Translations under genes and position numbers: made by a program
Source: an uncultured Acidimicrobiaceae bacterium
GTDB lineage: Bacteria > Actinomycetota > Acidimicrobiia > Spongiisociales > ZC4RG35
NCBI GenBank assembly: GCA_964558575.1
Contig: CAZLEQ010000006.1
Location: forward strand, 12,923 to 76,922
DNA length: 64,000 nt
Reading direction: 5' to 3'
The notes under the pieces: generated by a model
What the model was told of the DNA's origin: nothing
Seen by the model: the letters and a program-made list of their open reading frames with translations, nothing else
The model's database searches: none
Shown: positions 10,794-19,863 of the stretch, piece after piece
How the letters are laid out: every line of letters starts with the position of its first letter
How positions within the stretch are numbered: the first letter of the stretch is position 1

Positions 10794-11041
10794 CCCGCGA
10801 GCAAGCACGCCAGCTCATCTTCGACGTCCTGGTCGACATCGCCCCCGAGGTCGACCGTAACGGTGTCGATGACGACTTGGACCTGACCGAACAGCTCGAC
10901 CTCGACTCCATGGACTATCTGACCTGGATGATCGCCCTGAGCGAGAGGACGGGAGTGGACATCCCGCAGAGGGATGTGTCCAGATTCCTCACCATCGATG
11001 GGGCGGTGAGCTATCTGGTCGAGCACGTGGTGAGCGGCTGA
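10790..11041 (+). CDS. stand-alone acyl carrier protein-like protein
   Basis: 83 aa. LDLTEQLDLDSMDYLTWMIALSE matches the phosphopantetheine-attachment DSxD helix-II motif. ATGA overlap with the E2 stop. Confidence 0.7.
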   Translation: MTREQARQLIFDVLVDIAPEVDRNGVDDDLDLTEQLDLDSMDYLTWMIALSERTGVDIPQRDVSRFLTIDGAVSYLVEHVVSG

Positions 11042-11098
11042 AAGCCTCAAGTTCGGCTATCAAACGTCGACCCACCGACGGGGTGAGGACGTCGGGCG

Positions 11099-11566
11099 TC
11101 AGCTGCCGATCACTAGGTCGGCCCGCTCCGGCTTGGTGAGATCCAGATAGTCGTCGAGAGCCATGGTGATGGTTTCGGTGTGACTCCCCGCCTTGAACGT
11201 GATAGTCGGACTGCTCAGACTCTCGGCAACCAGGGTCGGCATGTCATAGAGGGAGCCGAAAGGTGGCTCGGCGCCAGTCTCACAATCGGGGAAGACATCA
11301 CCGAACTCGCTCTCCTCGGCAAGACGGACATCGTCGACACCCAGGGCGGCAGCCGCCTTCTCGAGGTCGACCATCTGATCACCGGGGACCACCACCATCG
11401 CCAGACTCTCCCCCGTCTTCAACAGCACCACCTTGGCGATCTCCCTGCCGGGAACGTGCTCGGCTTCGGCGACCTCGCTGGTCGTGTAGGCCACGGTGTG
11501 GGGATGGATCTCATACTCGACGCCGTGTTCCGTCAGGTAGCTACGAACTCTCTCTGCTGACATCAC
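11099..11566 (-). CDS. YbaK/EbsC-type aminoacyl-tRNA deacylase domain protein
   Basis: 155 aa. N-terminal VRSYLTEHGVEYEIHPH...AKVVLLK pattern typical of the YbaK/ProX family. Confidence 0.75.
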   Translation of the reverse strand: MMSAERVRSYLTEHGVEYEIHPHTVAYTTSEVAEAEHVPGREIAKVVLLKTGESLAMVVVPGDQMVDLEKAAAALGVDDVRLAEESEFGDVFPDCETGAEPPFGSLYDMPTLVAESLSSPTITFKAGSHTETITMALDDYLDLTKPERADLVIGS

Positions 11567-11763
11567 GTCACCTCCTTGACATCCTCATCTATACGACTGA
11601 GGGTGAACGCCACTAGGGGAGAAGGTCATATCACGATGCTACGCGCATGGAGTATCGCCGTAAGGGGTACTAATCCTCTACCGGGGGCCGCGCCCGGCAG
11701 GCACAATTCGAATCAAGGTGACCAAGGTCGCTGCTCCCGTCCCCCGACTGAACGGAGGTTCAG

Positions 11764-12030
11764 ATGACCAGGAAAGCTGAACGAGACCCGCTCCTCGAAC
11801 ACGCCAGAGAGGAAGCCGAGGGAACCGAACTCCTGGAGAGCCCGGACCGCGGCGCTCTTCTCGAGAGAGAACGTGAGGAAGCCGAGGGTGTCGAGGTCTT
11901 CGAGGACCCCGATGCCACCCTGCCGGGCGCCGCGATCAAAGAGGGCCCTCCGGGGCATGAGTTCCTCTCCGCCGGCTTGAGCCCGGAAGACGAAGAGTTC
12001 CGGACAGAGGACGAAGAGGAGAGTTGGTAG
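11764..12030 (+). CDS. acidic hypothetical protein with an internal repeat
   Basis: 88 aa. GGAGG Shine-Dalgarno 5 nt upstream. Internal repeat EEAEGTELLESPD / EEAEGVEVFEDPD. Confidence 0.5.
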   Translation: MTRKAERDPLLEHAREEAEGTELLESPDRGALLEREREEAEGVEVFEDPDATLPGAAIKEGPPGHEFLSAGLSPEDEEFRTEDEEESW

Positions 12031-12125
12031 TTCCCCGGCGAAGAGATACGGCTTGGGTCTTTGTGCCCTATGAGGAGTGACACCTCGGACCGAAAATCAG
12101 AGACAACGACCCACTGGAGGTATCT

Positions 12126-12329
12126 ATGCACGCCAAACCAGGCGATCATCTCAAGGTTTCCGGGCACCGGGTAGGTGAGTCGGCGCGATACGCGGAGATC
12201 CTCGAGGTGCGCGGCGACGGCGGCGACCCGCCGTATTACGTGCGGTGGCCCGACGGGCACGAGAGCCTCGTGTACCCGGGGCCGGACATCGTCGTCGAGC
12301 CCAAGCGCCGCAAGCCCACCGCTCGCTGA
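12126..12329 (+). CDS. DUF1918 domain protein
   Basis: 67 aa. KPGDHLKVSGHRVGESARYAEILEVRGDGGDPPYYVRWPDGHES is the characteristic DUF1918 SH3-like sequence. GGAGG Shine-Dalgarno upstream. Confidence 0.8.
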   Translation: MHAKPGDHLKVSGHRVGESARYAEILEVRGDGGDPPYYVRWPDGHESLVYPGPDIVVEPKRRKPTAR

Positions 12330-12611
12330 GTCTTCCTCGTTGTCGGGCGCGCCGGCCGGGCCCGCAGCTGGTCGGCTGATCGGTCCGTACCGGCATCCCA
12401 CGTGTCCGGTGGTTCAGGTAGATGGTCATCTCGGCGCCCGAGCCCCCGATCACCACTATCTACGTCAGGATGGCAATGCGAGCACCGCGTGACAGGGGAG
12501 GATGTCCCTTCTGTCGGACCGGTCCTTGGTCGTCGCAACCCGGGACTTCGAGCCGTGCCCGAAGGGCGTGAAATCCGTGATGTTCCGATATATGAGAAGG
12601 AAGGAGCCCAA

Positions 12612-13037
12612 GTGAGCGTCGTTGCCGGAATCGACGGGTCCCCGGTATCCCAGTTGGTGGTGGCGAGGGGAATCGAGCAGGCGCGGTGGAGGGACACCGA
12701 CCTCCACATCGTCTTCGTGTCCTACATGCCCATGATCTACACGGAGGCGATGGTGAATTGGGATGAAGTGTTGGAAGCTCAACGCGAATCCGTGTGGGAC
12801 GGGATCAACCACCTCATCGAAGAGGCTGATATGGAGGTGGAGAGAATCGATCTCGATGGGTATCCACCCGACGCCTTGGTGGGATACGCGACCGACGTTG
12901 ACGCATCACTCCTCATCGTCGGAACCCGCGGTCACGGTGGATTGGCATCTCTGATCCTGGGAAGCACCTCTCATCGGGCCATCCACCTGTCTGGATGTGA
13001 TGTGCTCATCGTCAAGGCTCCCGACACGGAGGACTGA
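12612..13037 (+). CDS. universal stress protein
   Basis: ORF 12402..13037. Start set to GTG 12612 after an AAGGAAGGAG Shine-Dalgarno (VSVVAGIDGSPVS...). C-terminal GTRGHGGLASLILGSTS motif. Confidence 0.85.
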   Translation: MSVVAGIDGSPVSQLVVARGIEQARWRDTDLHIVFVSYMPMIYTEAMVNWDEVLEAQRESVWDGINHLIEEADMEVERIDLDGYPPDALVGYATDVDASLLIVGTRGHGGLASLILGSTSHRAIHLSGCDVLIVKAPDTED

Positions 13038-13129
13038 CCCGGCGACGGCTCGAGCCGATCAGAGCATGTGACTGTTGCCTCTAGGCAACCGCCGACCGGT
13101 CCCCCAGCATGGAATTGGAAAGGCGGATC

Positions 13130-13801
13130 ATGTTCGAGAATCGCATCGAGGCCGGACGCCTCCTCGCCGAAAGACTCAGACAGCTCGCGATCGAGAAGCC
13201 GGTGATCCTTGGGCTTCCGCGCGGTGGCATGCCCGTGGCGGCAGAGGTGGCTCGGGCCCTAGACGCCCCACTTGACGTCATCGTCGTCCGTAAGCTGGCG
13301 CTTCCCGCTCACCCGGAGTGCGTGATGGGTGCCATGGGCGAAGGCGACGTCCGACTCGTCGACTGGCAAGCCGTCTCCGATGCCGGAGTCAGCGCGACCG
13401 ATCTGGAACGTGTCATCGACGAGGAGAGGCTCGAACTCGGGCGAGGAGTTCGCCGATTCCGTGCCGAGCAGACCCGCCTCGACATCCGGGGCCGGGCAGT
13501 GATAATCGTCGATGACGGGATCGCCTCTGGATCGACGGCCACTGCCGCGATACGGGTGGCGCGTGACCTCGGCGCCGAGCGTGTCATCGTGGCGACACCT
13601 GTGGCCGCGAAGGACACGGTCCTGCTCCTGCAACGGATAGCCGACGAGGTGATAGTGCTCGACACCCCCTCGCCCTTTCATGCTATCGGTGAGGCGTACG
13701 CCGATTTCACCCAGATCGACGAAGAAGAAGGGATCCTCACTCTGCGTCAGATGAGGACTGCAGTCCAGCCGAGTAGGGCTGTCTTGTCCCAATCGGCCTG
13801 A
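13130..13801 (+). CDS. phosphoribosyltransferase-family protein
   Basis: ORF 13109..13801. Start probably MFENRIEAGRLLAERL. PRPP-binding loop VIIVDDGIASGST. Confidence 0.85.
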   Translation: MFENRIEAGRLLAERLRQLAIEKPVILGLPRGGMPVAAEVARALDAPLDVIVVRKLALPAHPECVMGAMGEGDVRLVDWQAVSDAGVSATDLERVIDEERLELGRGVRRFRAEQTRLDIRGRAVIIVDDGIASGSTATAAIRVARDLGAERVIVATPVAAKDTVLLLQRIADEVIVLDTPSPFHAIGEAYADFTQIDEEEGILTLRQMRTAVQPSRAVLSQSA

Positions 13802-13840
13802 TCGACCGTCGCGCCAGGTCAAGATGAGAGGCGCTAGGTC

Positions 13841-13878
13841 AAAATAAGAGTGGGGGCGATTCACAAACCGCCCCCACT
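13841..13878 (-). terminator. rho-independent terminator downstream of hsp20 (between convergent genes)
   Basis: 10-bp stem AGTGGGGGCG/CGCCCCCACT (13849-13858 / 13869-13878) with a 10-nt loop. On the minus strand it is followed by CTTATTTT. Confidence 0.6.
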
Positions 13879-13901
13879 TCGTCGTCCCCGAGCGACGACT
13901 C

Positions 13902-14321
13902 CTACTTGGTGCTGACCGGAATCCGCTTCGACTCGGCCGGCTTCTCTTCGGGGAGGGTCACCTCGACGGTGAGAATCCCGTTCTCGTAGCTGGCTTCGAT
14001 CGCGTCGGCCGATAGCCCATCGGGTACCGTGATCCGACGCTGGAACGAGCCGAAGGTCCTCTCGTGCATGTAGTGGTCATCCTCGGAGACCTCCCTCTCC
14101 TCGTTCTTCTCTCCCTTGATGACGAGGATGTCACCGTCGAGCGACACGTCGACGTCATCAGGTGAGATTCCGGGGAGCTCCGCGGTCACGACGAGGTGGC
14201 CATCCGTCCTCACTACGTCCATCGAGGGACGGAAGCCGGATGTCTCCTTCATGAGCCGTGGGAGATCGAATCGCCACTCCTTGTCGATGTCGACAAAGGG
14301 TGCCCACAACTTGAGTTCCAT
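13902..14321 (-). CDS. Hsp20/alpha-crystallin small heat-shock protein
   Basis: 139 aa. Alpha-crystallin domain with the motifs AELPGISPDDVDVSLDGDILVIKGEK and GILTVEV. Confidence 0.92.
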   Translation of the reverse strand: MELKLWAPFVDIDKEWRFDLPRLMKETSGFRPSMDVVRTDGHLVVTAELPGISPDDVDVSLDGDILVIKGEKNEEREVSEDDHYMHERTFGSFQRRITVPDGLSADAIEASYENGILTVEVTLPEEKPAESKRIPVSTK

Positions 14322-14544
14322 TGCTCCATCTCCTTCCGGGCCTGACTACTCACCCGGCGGCGGCCCGGTCCGACCGGGTCTGGTTCCTGCATCATCTGAC
14401 TTCGAGGAGCCTCCGACCAGAGTCGTTTGGCCCCTTTTCCGTTGCCCATGGCGGCGACGATCGTCGAGAGTCGATTTGCCTCGGTCCGTGTTTTCCCTTC
14501 ACGCGGAGTGGTCAACGGATAGGCTCTACGGCGGAAGGACGAGG

Positions 14545-16677
14545 ATGAACAAGCGAATACTGAGCCTGTTGACTGTGGCGGCCATGGTCTTCGCCGCCAC
14601 ACCCGCCATCGCTTCCGGACCACATCGGGAATTCGTCGTCGTTCTCCACCCCACCAGCGAGGCGGTTGGCGACATCGCACAGCAGTTGGCGTCGCAGCAC
14701 GGCGGCAAGGTGGGGTTCGTTTACACCACGGCTCTGCAGGGCTTCACCATCTCCGTCCCCGAACGAGCAGCCGATGCCATCGAGCGCAATCCGAACGTGG
14801 CCTACATCGAGCCGGTACACGAAGTGCAGACGACGGGAACCCAATCGATACCAACGGGCATCGACCGGATCGAGGGTGACCTCAATCCTCCGTCGGTACC
14901 GATGGACGTGGACATCGCCATCCTCGACACCGGCGTGTACGTCGGCCAGAACCCAGACGGGACGGCAAGATCGCACCTCGACCTGAATCTCAGATACGTC
15001 AGCGACTGCACCGGCGCCATCTTCTATCCGCTCTTTGGCGGTTGCAGTGGGTCGGGTGACTTCCAGGACTATCACGGTCATGGCACCCACGTGGCCGGCA
15101 TCGCCGCGGCCAAGGACAACGACATCGGGACGTTGGGCGTCGCTCCCGGGGCGACGCTCTGGTCGTTCAAGGTGCTGCAGGCCGACGGCACCGGCACCAC
15201 CGGGATGATTCTTGCCGGCATCGACGCGGTCGCCGCCAACGCGGATCAGATCGAAGTGGCCAACATGAGTCTCGGTTTCGAGGGCACATCCCAGGCCATA
15301 GACGACGCCATCGCGGCAGCGACGGACGTGGGAGTGACCTTTGTGGTGGCCGCCGGAAACAGCAGCATCGACGCCTCGGGGTTCAGTCCAGCCAACGGTC
15401 CCGACGTGATCACGGTCTCGGCCATCTCCGACTTCGACGGGCTCCCCGGGGGACTGGGTTCCCCCACCTGTCGCGACGACGAGGACGATACCCTCGCCAA
15501 CTTCTCCAATTACGGCCCGGCGGTGGAGATCGCCGCCCCCGGTGTGTGCATCTATTCGACCTGGCTGGACGACGGGTATGCGACGTTGTCCGGGACCAGC
15601 ATGGCCAGCCCCTTCGTGGCCGGGGCCGTCGCCCGCTACATCGCCGAGAGCGGAGCGCCAACCCACAACCGGGCCGACGTCGAGGCGATCAAGGCCGCCA
15701 TCATCGGAGCCGGCGTACCCCAGGACTCGAGCTGTGGTTTCACCGACGTCGACTCGAGCCCCGAGCCTCTGTTGTTCGTCAACGGACCGCTCTTCGGTGG
15801 TGACGGCAGCTGTGAGGACGGCTCGATGGTAAATGCTCCACCGGTCGCCGACTTCAGCTTCGAGTGCCACGACCTCACATGTGATTTCACCGACACCTCG
15901 ACGGACAGTGACGGGACCATCGTCTCGCACAGCTGGGATTTCGGTGACGGGGCCGACAGCGCCGAGCAGAGCCCGACTCACACTTACCAGGAGCCGGGGA
16001 CGTACAACGTGTCGCTCACAGTTAGCGACGACGCGGGAGCTTCCAGCATGAGTAGCCGGCAAGTGGAGGTGACCGACGCGACGCAGCCCAACACGCCGCC
16101 CGAAGCTTCATTCACCGCTTCGTGCACCGATCTCTCATGCAGTTTCGTCAACACCTCTATCGACTCCGACGGCGACCCGCTCACATATTGGTGGGACTTC
16201 GGAGACGGCACCAACAGCACCGCGACGCATCCGTCGCACGAGTACACCGCGGCAGGCACCTACACGGTGACGCTGACGGCGGACGACGGCACCGACACCG
16301 ACACGGCAACCGCAAGTGTGAACGTCACCGAGCCGGTCGGCTCGACCGTGATAACCGCCGCGGTCTACCCGATCCTGGTGGATGGGCGCAACGCCTCGGT
16401 CTCGATCGGCGTCTTCGACGGTGACGGCGAGTTCATCGGTGGAGCCCTGGTCGAGGGGGTGTGGACCTATCTCGACCGGCGGGGCCGGGAGAGGACGACC
16501 ACCGACTCGGGAGTCACCAGCGACGAGCCGGTCGACGGCCTCTTGGGCAATGTGGTCATCGAGAACCGGTTCCCGCCGAACGTGGAGGTGGTGAGCTTCT
16601 GTGTGACTGCGGTGACGGCCACGGGCTACGAGTACCAGCCGTCGATCATCACCTGCTCAGAACCGTTCGACGGTTAG
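14545..16677 (+). CDS. secreted subtilisin-like S8 peptidase with two PKD domains
   Basis: ORF 14116..16677. Start set to ATG 14545 (MNKRILSLLTVAAMVFAATPAIASG signal peptide). Catalytic D (ILDTGV), H (HGTHVAG) and S (GTSMASP). Two WDFGDG PKD repeats. Confidence 0.9.
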   Translation: MNKRILSLLTVAAMVFAATPAIASGPHREFVVVLHPTSEAVGDIAQQLASQHGGKVGFVYTTALQGFTISVPERAADAIERNPNVAYIEPVHEVQTTGTQSIPTGIDRIEGDLNPPSVPMDVDIAILDTGVYVGQNPDGTARSHLDLNLRYVSDCTGAIFYPLFGGCSGSGDFQDYHGHGTHVAGIAAAKDNDIGTLGVAPGATLWSFKVLQADGTGTTGMILAGIDAVAANADQIEVANMSLGFEGTSQAIDDAIAAATDVGVTFVVAAGNSSIDASGFSPANGPDVITVSAISDFDGLPGGLGSPTCRDDEDDTLANFSNYGPAVEIAAPGVCIYSTWLDDGYATLSGTSMASPFVAGAVARYIAESGAPTHNRADVEAIKAAIIGAGVPQDSSCGFTDVDSSPEPLLFVNGPLFGGDGSCEDGSMVNAPPVADFSFECHDLTCDFTDTSTDSDGTIVSHSWDFGDGADSAEQSPTHTYQEPGTYNVSLTVSDDAGASSMSSRQVEVTDATQPNTPPEASFTASCTDLSCSFVNTSIDSDGDPLTYWWDFGDGTNSTATHPSHEYTAAGTYTVTLTADDGTDTDTATASVNVTEPVGSTVITAAVYPILVDGRNASVSIGVFDGDGEFIGGALVEGVWTYLDRRGRERTTTDSGVTSDEPVDGLLGNVVIENRFPPNVEVVSFCVTAVTATGYEYQPSIITCSEPFDG

Positions 16678-16683
16678 TCGATC

Positions 16684-16726
16684 GGCAGTCCCGACCGGAT
16701 TCGAACCGGCGTTTCCGGCTTGAAAG
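16684..16726 (-). repeat. displaced copy A of the tRNA-Glu 3' segment (outermost att site)
   Basis: 43 nt identical to 22351-22393. Matches 43313-43355 of the intact tRNA except for one T-loop base. Confidence 0.9.
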
Positions 16727-17084
16727 ACCGGCCCAAGGGAAAACACAACCTAACGACGATCAACGCAAATAAACGCAAAACAGCACTCGACCTGGGCATA
16801 TGCCCAGGGTCATGCTTCGCGGTCCTTTGCATCAACACTTAGTGATTTCCCTCCTCGTGCGGCCTGGAGCGGCCCAAATCTCGTCAGAGCTCGAACCGAC
16901 GAGTCGGCACGACAGACATCGCAGGTCGTTCGCTTGATCAAACCGAGTCCAACGGAGCGGTCGGTAGGTCATCCTGTGCCCACACATGATGCGGGTATGG
17001 GCGGCCCTTGTTTGATGCATTCCACTCGTTTTCCGGTTCACCGGATTGGGGACAGCTACGTTTCAGCAAAGGTGAGGCTTTCGT

Positions 17085-17873
17085 TCATGTGATGCCGAGC
17101 AACTCGTACATGGTTGCCGGTTCAGAGAATCCCTTCAGCACCTCGGTTTGTCCACCGTCGAATCTGAAGCCGTTTTCGACGCCCAGGTCGCGGACGACAT
17201 CGGATACAAAGATCTGTCCCGGTCCTGCAGAGGAGCAGATCCTGTTTGCCATGGTTACGGCAGCCCCGAAAATGTCGTCGTCCTGGTCTACCGGCTCGCC
17301 AGCCGCCATACCCAAGCGCACATCGAGATCGGAGCGTTGCTCAAAGGAGTCGCGGACATCGAGGGACCATCCGAGAGCCTTGTCCGCGTCTTCGAAAACC
17401 ACCATGAATCCGTCGCCAGTGTGCTTGACCTCCCGACCTTTCCATCTGATCAGGGCCTCCCGGATGATGAGATCGTGTTCCGCTAACAGCACCATGTATT
17501 CAGATTGGCCGAGGCGGTCGAGGAGTTCGGTCGAACCCACCAGATCGGTGAAGCAGATGGTCCGGAAAGCGCTGGTCACATCGCTGGCATCGACGGGGTG
17601 GTGCACCTTTCCGAGGAAGCGGACAACGTCGGATTCAGAGACCTCGATGATCTCGGTTGGCACGAGCCCATGCGCCGCCCGGTGCGCCTGTGCCACTGCC
17701 TCCTCTCCCGGCGCCGAGGCGAAGCAGAAGACGAGGCCTCGGGTCGAGTCGTGCCAGTACGAGACGAATTCGACCCCGAACTGCCCAGCGACCTTTAGAT
17801 CCGCCGCATGATTTCTGGCGGTCTCCTCGGCCGTGGCGCCGGGAACGTCGTGACGGTCCATGTAAAGCGGCAT
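17085..17873 (-). CDS. DUF4242 (SCO4226-like) domain fused to a class III adenylate/guanylate cyclase catalytic domain
   Basis: 262 aa. N-terminal MPLYMDRHDVPGATAEE...VSYWHD (DUF4242). C-terminal FTDLVGSTEL...KHTGDGFMVVF...GAAVTMANRI cyclase motifs. Confidence 0.85.
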   Translation of the reverse strand: MPLYMDRHDVPGATAEETARNHAADLKVAGQFGVEFVSYWHDSTRGLVFCFASAPGEEAVAQAHRAAHGLVPTEIIEVSESDVVRFLGKVHHPVDASDVTSAFRTICFTDLVGSTELLDRLGQSEYMVLLAEHDLIIREALIRWKGREVKHTGDGFMVVFEDADKALGWSLDVRDSFEQRSDLDVRLGMAAGEPVDQDDDIFGAAVTMANRICSSAGPGQIFVSDVVRDLGVENGFRFDGGQTEVLKGFSEPATMYELLGIT

Positions 17874-18074
17874 TCCCGACCTCCCAATGGCCTTGTGTGA
17901 AGACTACCGATAACTCGAACGCTCGGCCTTCGGGGCCACAACATCGCCGAAGAGGTAACTCCGATATCGAGCAACAAGCCGCAGATAACGGCACGTATGC
18001 GCTCATGGGGACGAGCACCAATAGTGCAATGCCAGTTCAAGTGCGTCTGGGTCCGTCGGAGCCCGTGTTCCAAC

Positions 18075-18551
18075 TCAGCCGTGCTCCGGGCGTCGGATCA
18101 GCCTGAAGATCGGCATCTCGCGGTCAGTCTGTTTGAGGTAACGGCCATAGCCTGGAGCAAGTTCCACGACCTGGCTCCAAACAGAATCGCGCTCGGCCCC
18201 AGTAAGCAACTCTGTTCCGACTGGGAACTCTCCATCACCGAAATCGACGAGGACATCGCCCGGGTTCTTGACAAGGTTGAAGGCCCATGCTGGATGACGG
18301 GCGGATCCAGCGTTGGAAGCAACGACAAACCACGAATCGTCTCGGTCTCCATCGGAGAACCAGCCGAGCACCGTCTCTCGGCGTTTTCCTGACTTGGCTC
18401 CTTTCGTGGTCAGGCGAAGAAGGGGTCGTCCCTGGACCTTTGCTCCGAAGCGGAACATGAGACTCCCCGTCCATCCCATGGCCTTCATCAGCGGGCGAAG
18501 TGCTTTGGGGAACTCGGCACCGCGAGTGCCGCTGGGAGGTAGGTCGACCAT
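18075..18551 (-). CDS. deazaflavin (F420)-dependent nitroreductase-family protein (DUF385/Ddn-like)
   Basis: 158 aa. TKGAKSGKRRETVLGW...VVASNAGSARHPAWAFNLVKNP is the family signature. Confidence 0.85.
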   Translation of the reverse strand: MVDLPPSGTRGAEFPKALRPLMKAMGWTGSLMFRFGAKVQGRPLLRLTTKGAKSGKRRETVLGWFSDGDRDDSWFVVASNAGSARHPAWAFNLVKNPGDVLVDFGDGEFPVGTELLTGAERDSVWSQVVELAPGYGRYLKQTDREMPIFRLIRRPEHG

Positions 18552-18812
18552 CTATGCAACGGTACGTGGCTGGGTGGAGCCCTTGAAGGGCCTGGCCACA
18601 CATATCGGCAAATCGGTAACAGAAGCGCTCAGGTTTGAGATCGCACTAGATCGGCATTGTGCGCTCCCTGCAGTGCGTCCAGTGTCCGTGCCACCCGTCA
18701 CTTGGATTCTCGCATCGTGTTGTCGTGCGGCGGCCTCACTCGCGCCCTAACTTCGACCCAGGGCTCGGTCTCGACAATCCGATAGTCTTCCGGCTCGAAA
18801 AGGAGGAAGCCG

Positions 18813-19547
18813 ATGGGTTACAAGTTGGATCCCGCCGGGGCCGAGACGAGAGTTCTCCACGAGCTGGTCGATTTCACCGGCGCCGACGTCCTAGAGGTCG
18901 GTTGTGGCGACGGAAGGATGACCTGGCGGTACGCCAACAAGACCGCCAAGGTCCTGGCCTTGGACCTCGATGGGGATCACATCGAGCAAGCCGTCGAAGC
19001 AACGCCTGCCCATCTCCGCTCCAAGGTGAGGTTCGTAGAAGCGGATATAGGCCAGGTGGAACTGCCCTCCGAGAACTTCGACATCGCCATCCTGTCTCAC
19101 TCGTTGTGATGCATCGAGCTCGAGGGCGTGGTCGACGCCCTGAGGAGGATTCATCACTCGCTACGGCCGAGCGGGGTCTTACTCGACCTCCATCCGCAGC
19201 CTGAGCCTGAGGCGGTGGAGGTGTGGTGCGGAGAGACGAGAGACTTGATCGGTCATGTCGTCGACGAACAGGACATGAGCGATGTCACGCAGGCGGAATC
19301 CCGAATGGACCTGATGGAAAGAGACGGCTGGTTCACCGCGGAAACTCGCAGAACCTTCGACCTGCTCACCCACTTTCCCAGCGTTGACGAGTGGTTCGCC
19401 TACCGGTCGGACAACGACTACAGCGGCGTCGTTCCCGAGGATGTGGAGAGCATGGCCCGGCGTCTGCTCGCCGAGCGTGACTGTGAACTGGTCACCCGAG
19501 AGCCGATTCGCGCTTCGCTACTGAAGTGGCTGCCAGGACCGAACTGA
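18813..19547 (+). pseudogene. class I SAM-dependent methyltransferase interrupted by one in-frame TGA
   Basis: ORFs 18813..19109 and 19128..19547 share a frame. VLEVGCGDGRMT is SAM motif I. The TGA at 19107-19109 sits in ...ILSHSL*CIELEGVVDALRRIHHSLRPSG, where homologs run on. Confidence 0.7.
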
Positions 19548-19863
19548 CCGGCCGTCTCTGCCCGTTGGCTTGAAGCCCGCGCTGAGGCTGATCGCACCAC
19601 AACGACTGAGCCATCCGAGACGCCTTGCGCCGTTTCCTCGACGTGGCCTAGTGGCGGAGCCGCTGGCCCCGATCAACTGATCCTGGCCGCTTCCGCCCAT
19701 ATCGAAACCGTCCGATATCGGCCCGTCGGGGGTGTGAGTGTTGCTCTTAGCCTCGGCGCGGGCACCGGTCCAATGACGAGGTGTGCACTTGTGTTCAGAA
19801 GGTTCTACCTCGCCGTCAGCGGACCCGGTAGGGTGTCGCCACTACGCTGAGTTTGCAGCCGAA

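Noticed and set aside
12494-12509. AGGGGAGGATGTCCCT upstream of the second USP gene, considered as a DevR-type GGGAC-N4-GTCCC box.
   Set aside because: The left half-site is GGGGA/GGGAG and the spacing fits poorly. It is too degenerate to call on its own, and is mentioned only as context for the better site at 5702-5721.
14116-14544. 143 extra N-terminal codons of the S8 protease ORF, and similar upstream extensions (9321, 12402, 42007, 43672..45405, 48794, 60968).
   Set aside because: The extensions overlap neighbouring genes or intergenic DNA and are compositionally non-protein-like. Internal starts with Shine-Dalgarno sequences, signal peptides or homolog-like N-termini were preferred.
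16791-16808. Perfect 18-bp palindrome CCTGGGCATATGCCCAGG in the arm of element 1.
   Set aside because: The homologous position in the arm of element 2 (about 22455-22470) is not palindromic, so it is unlikely to be a conserved recombination or regulatory site.
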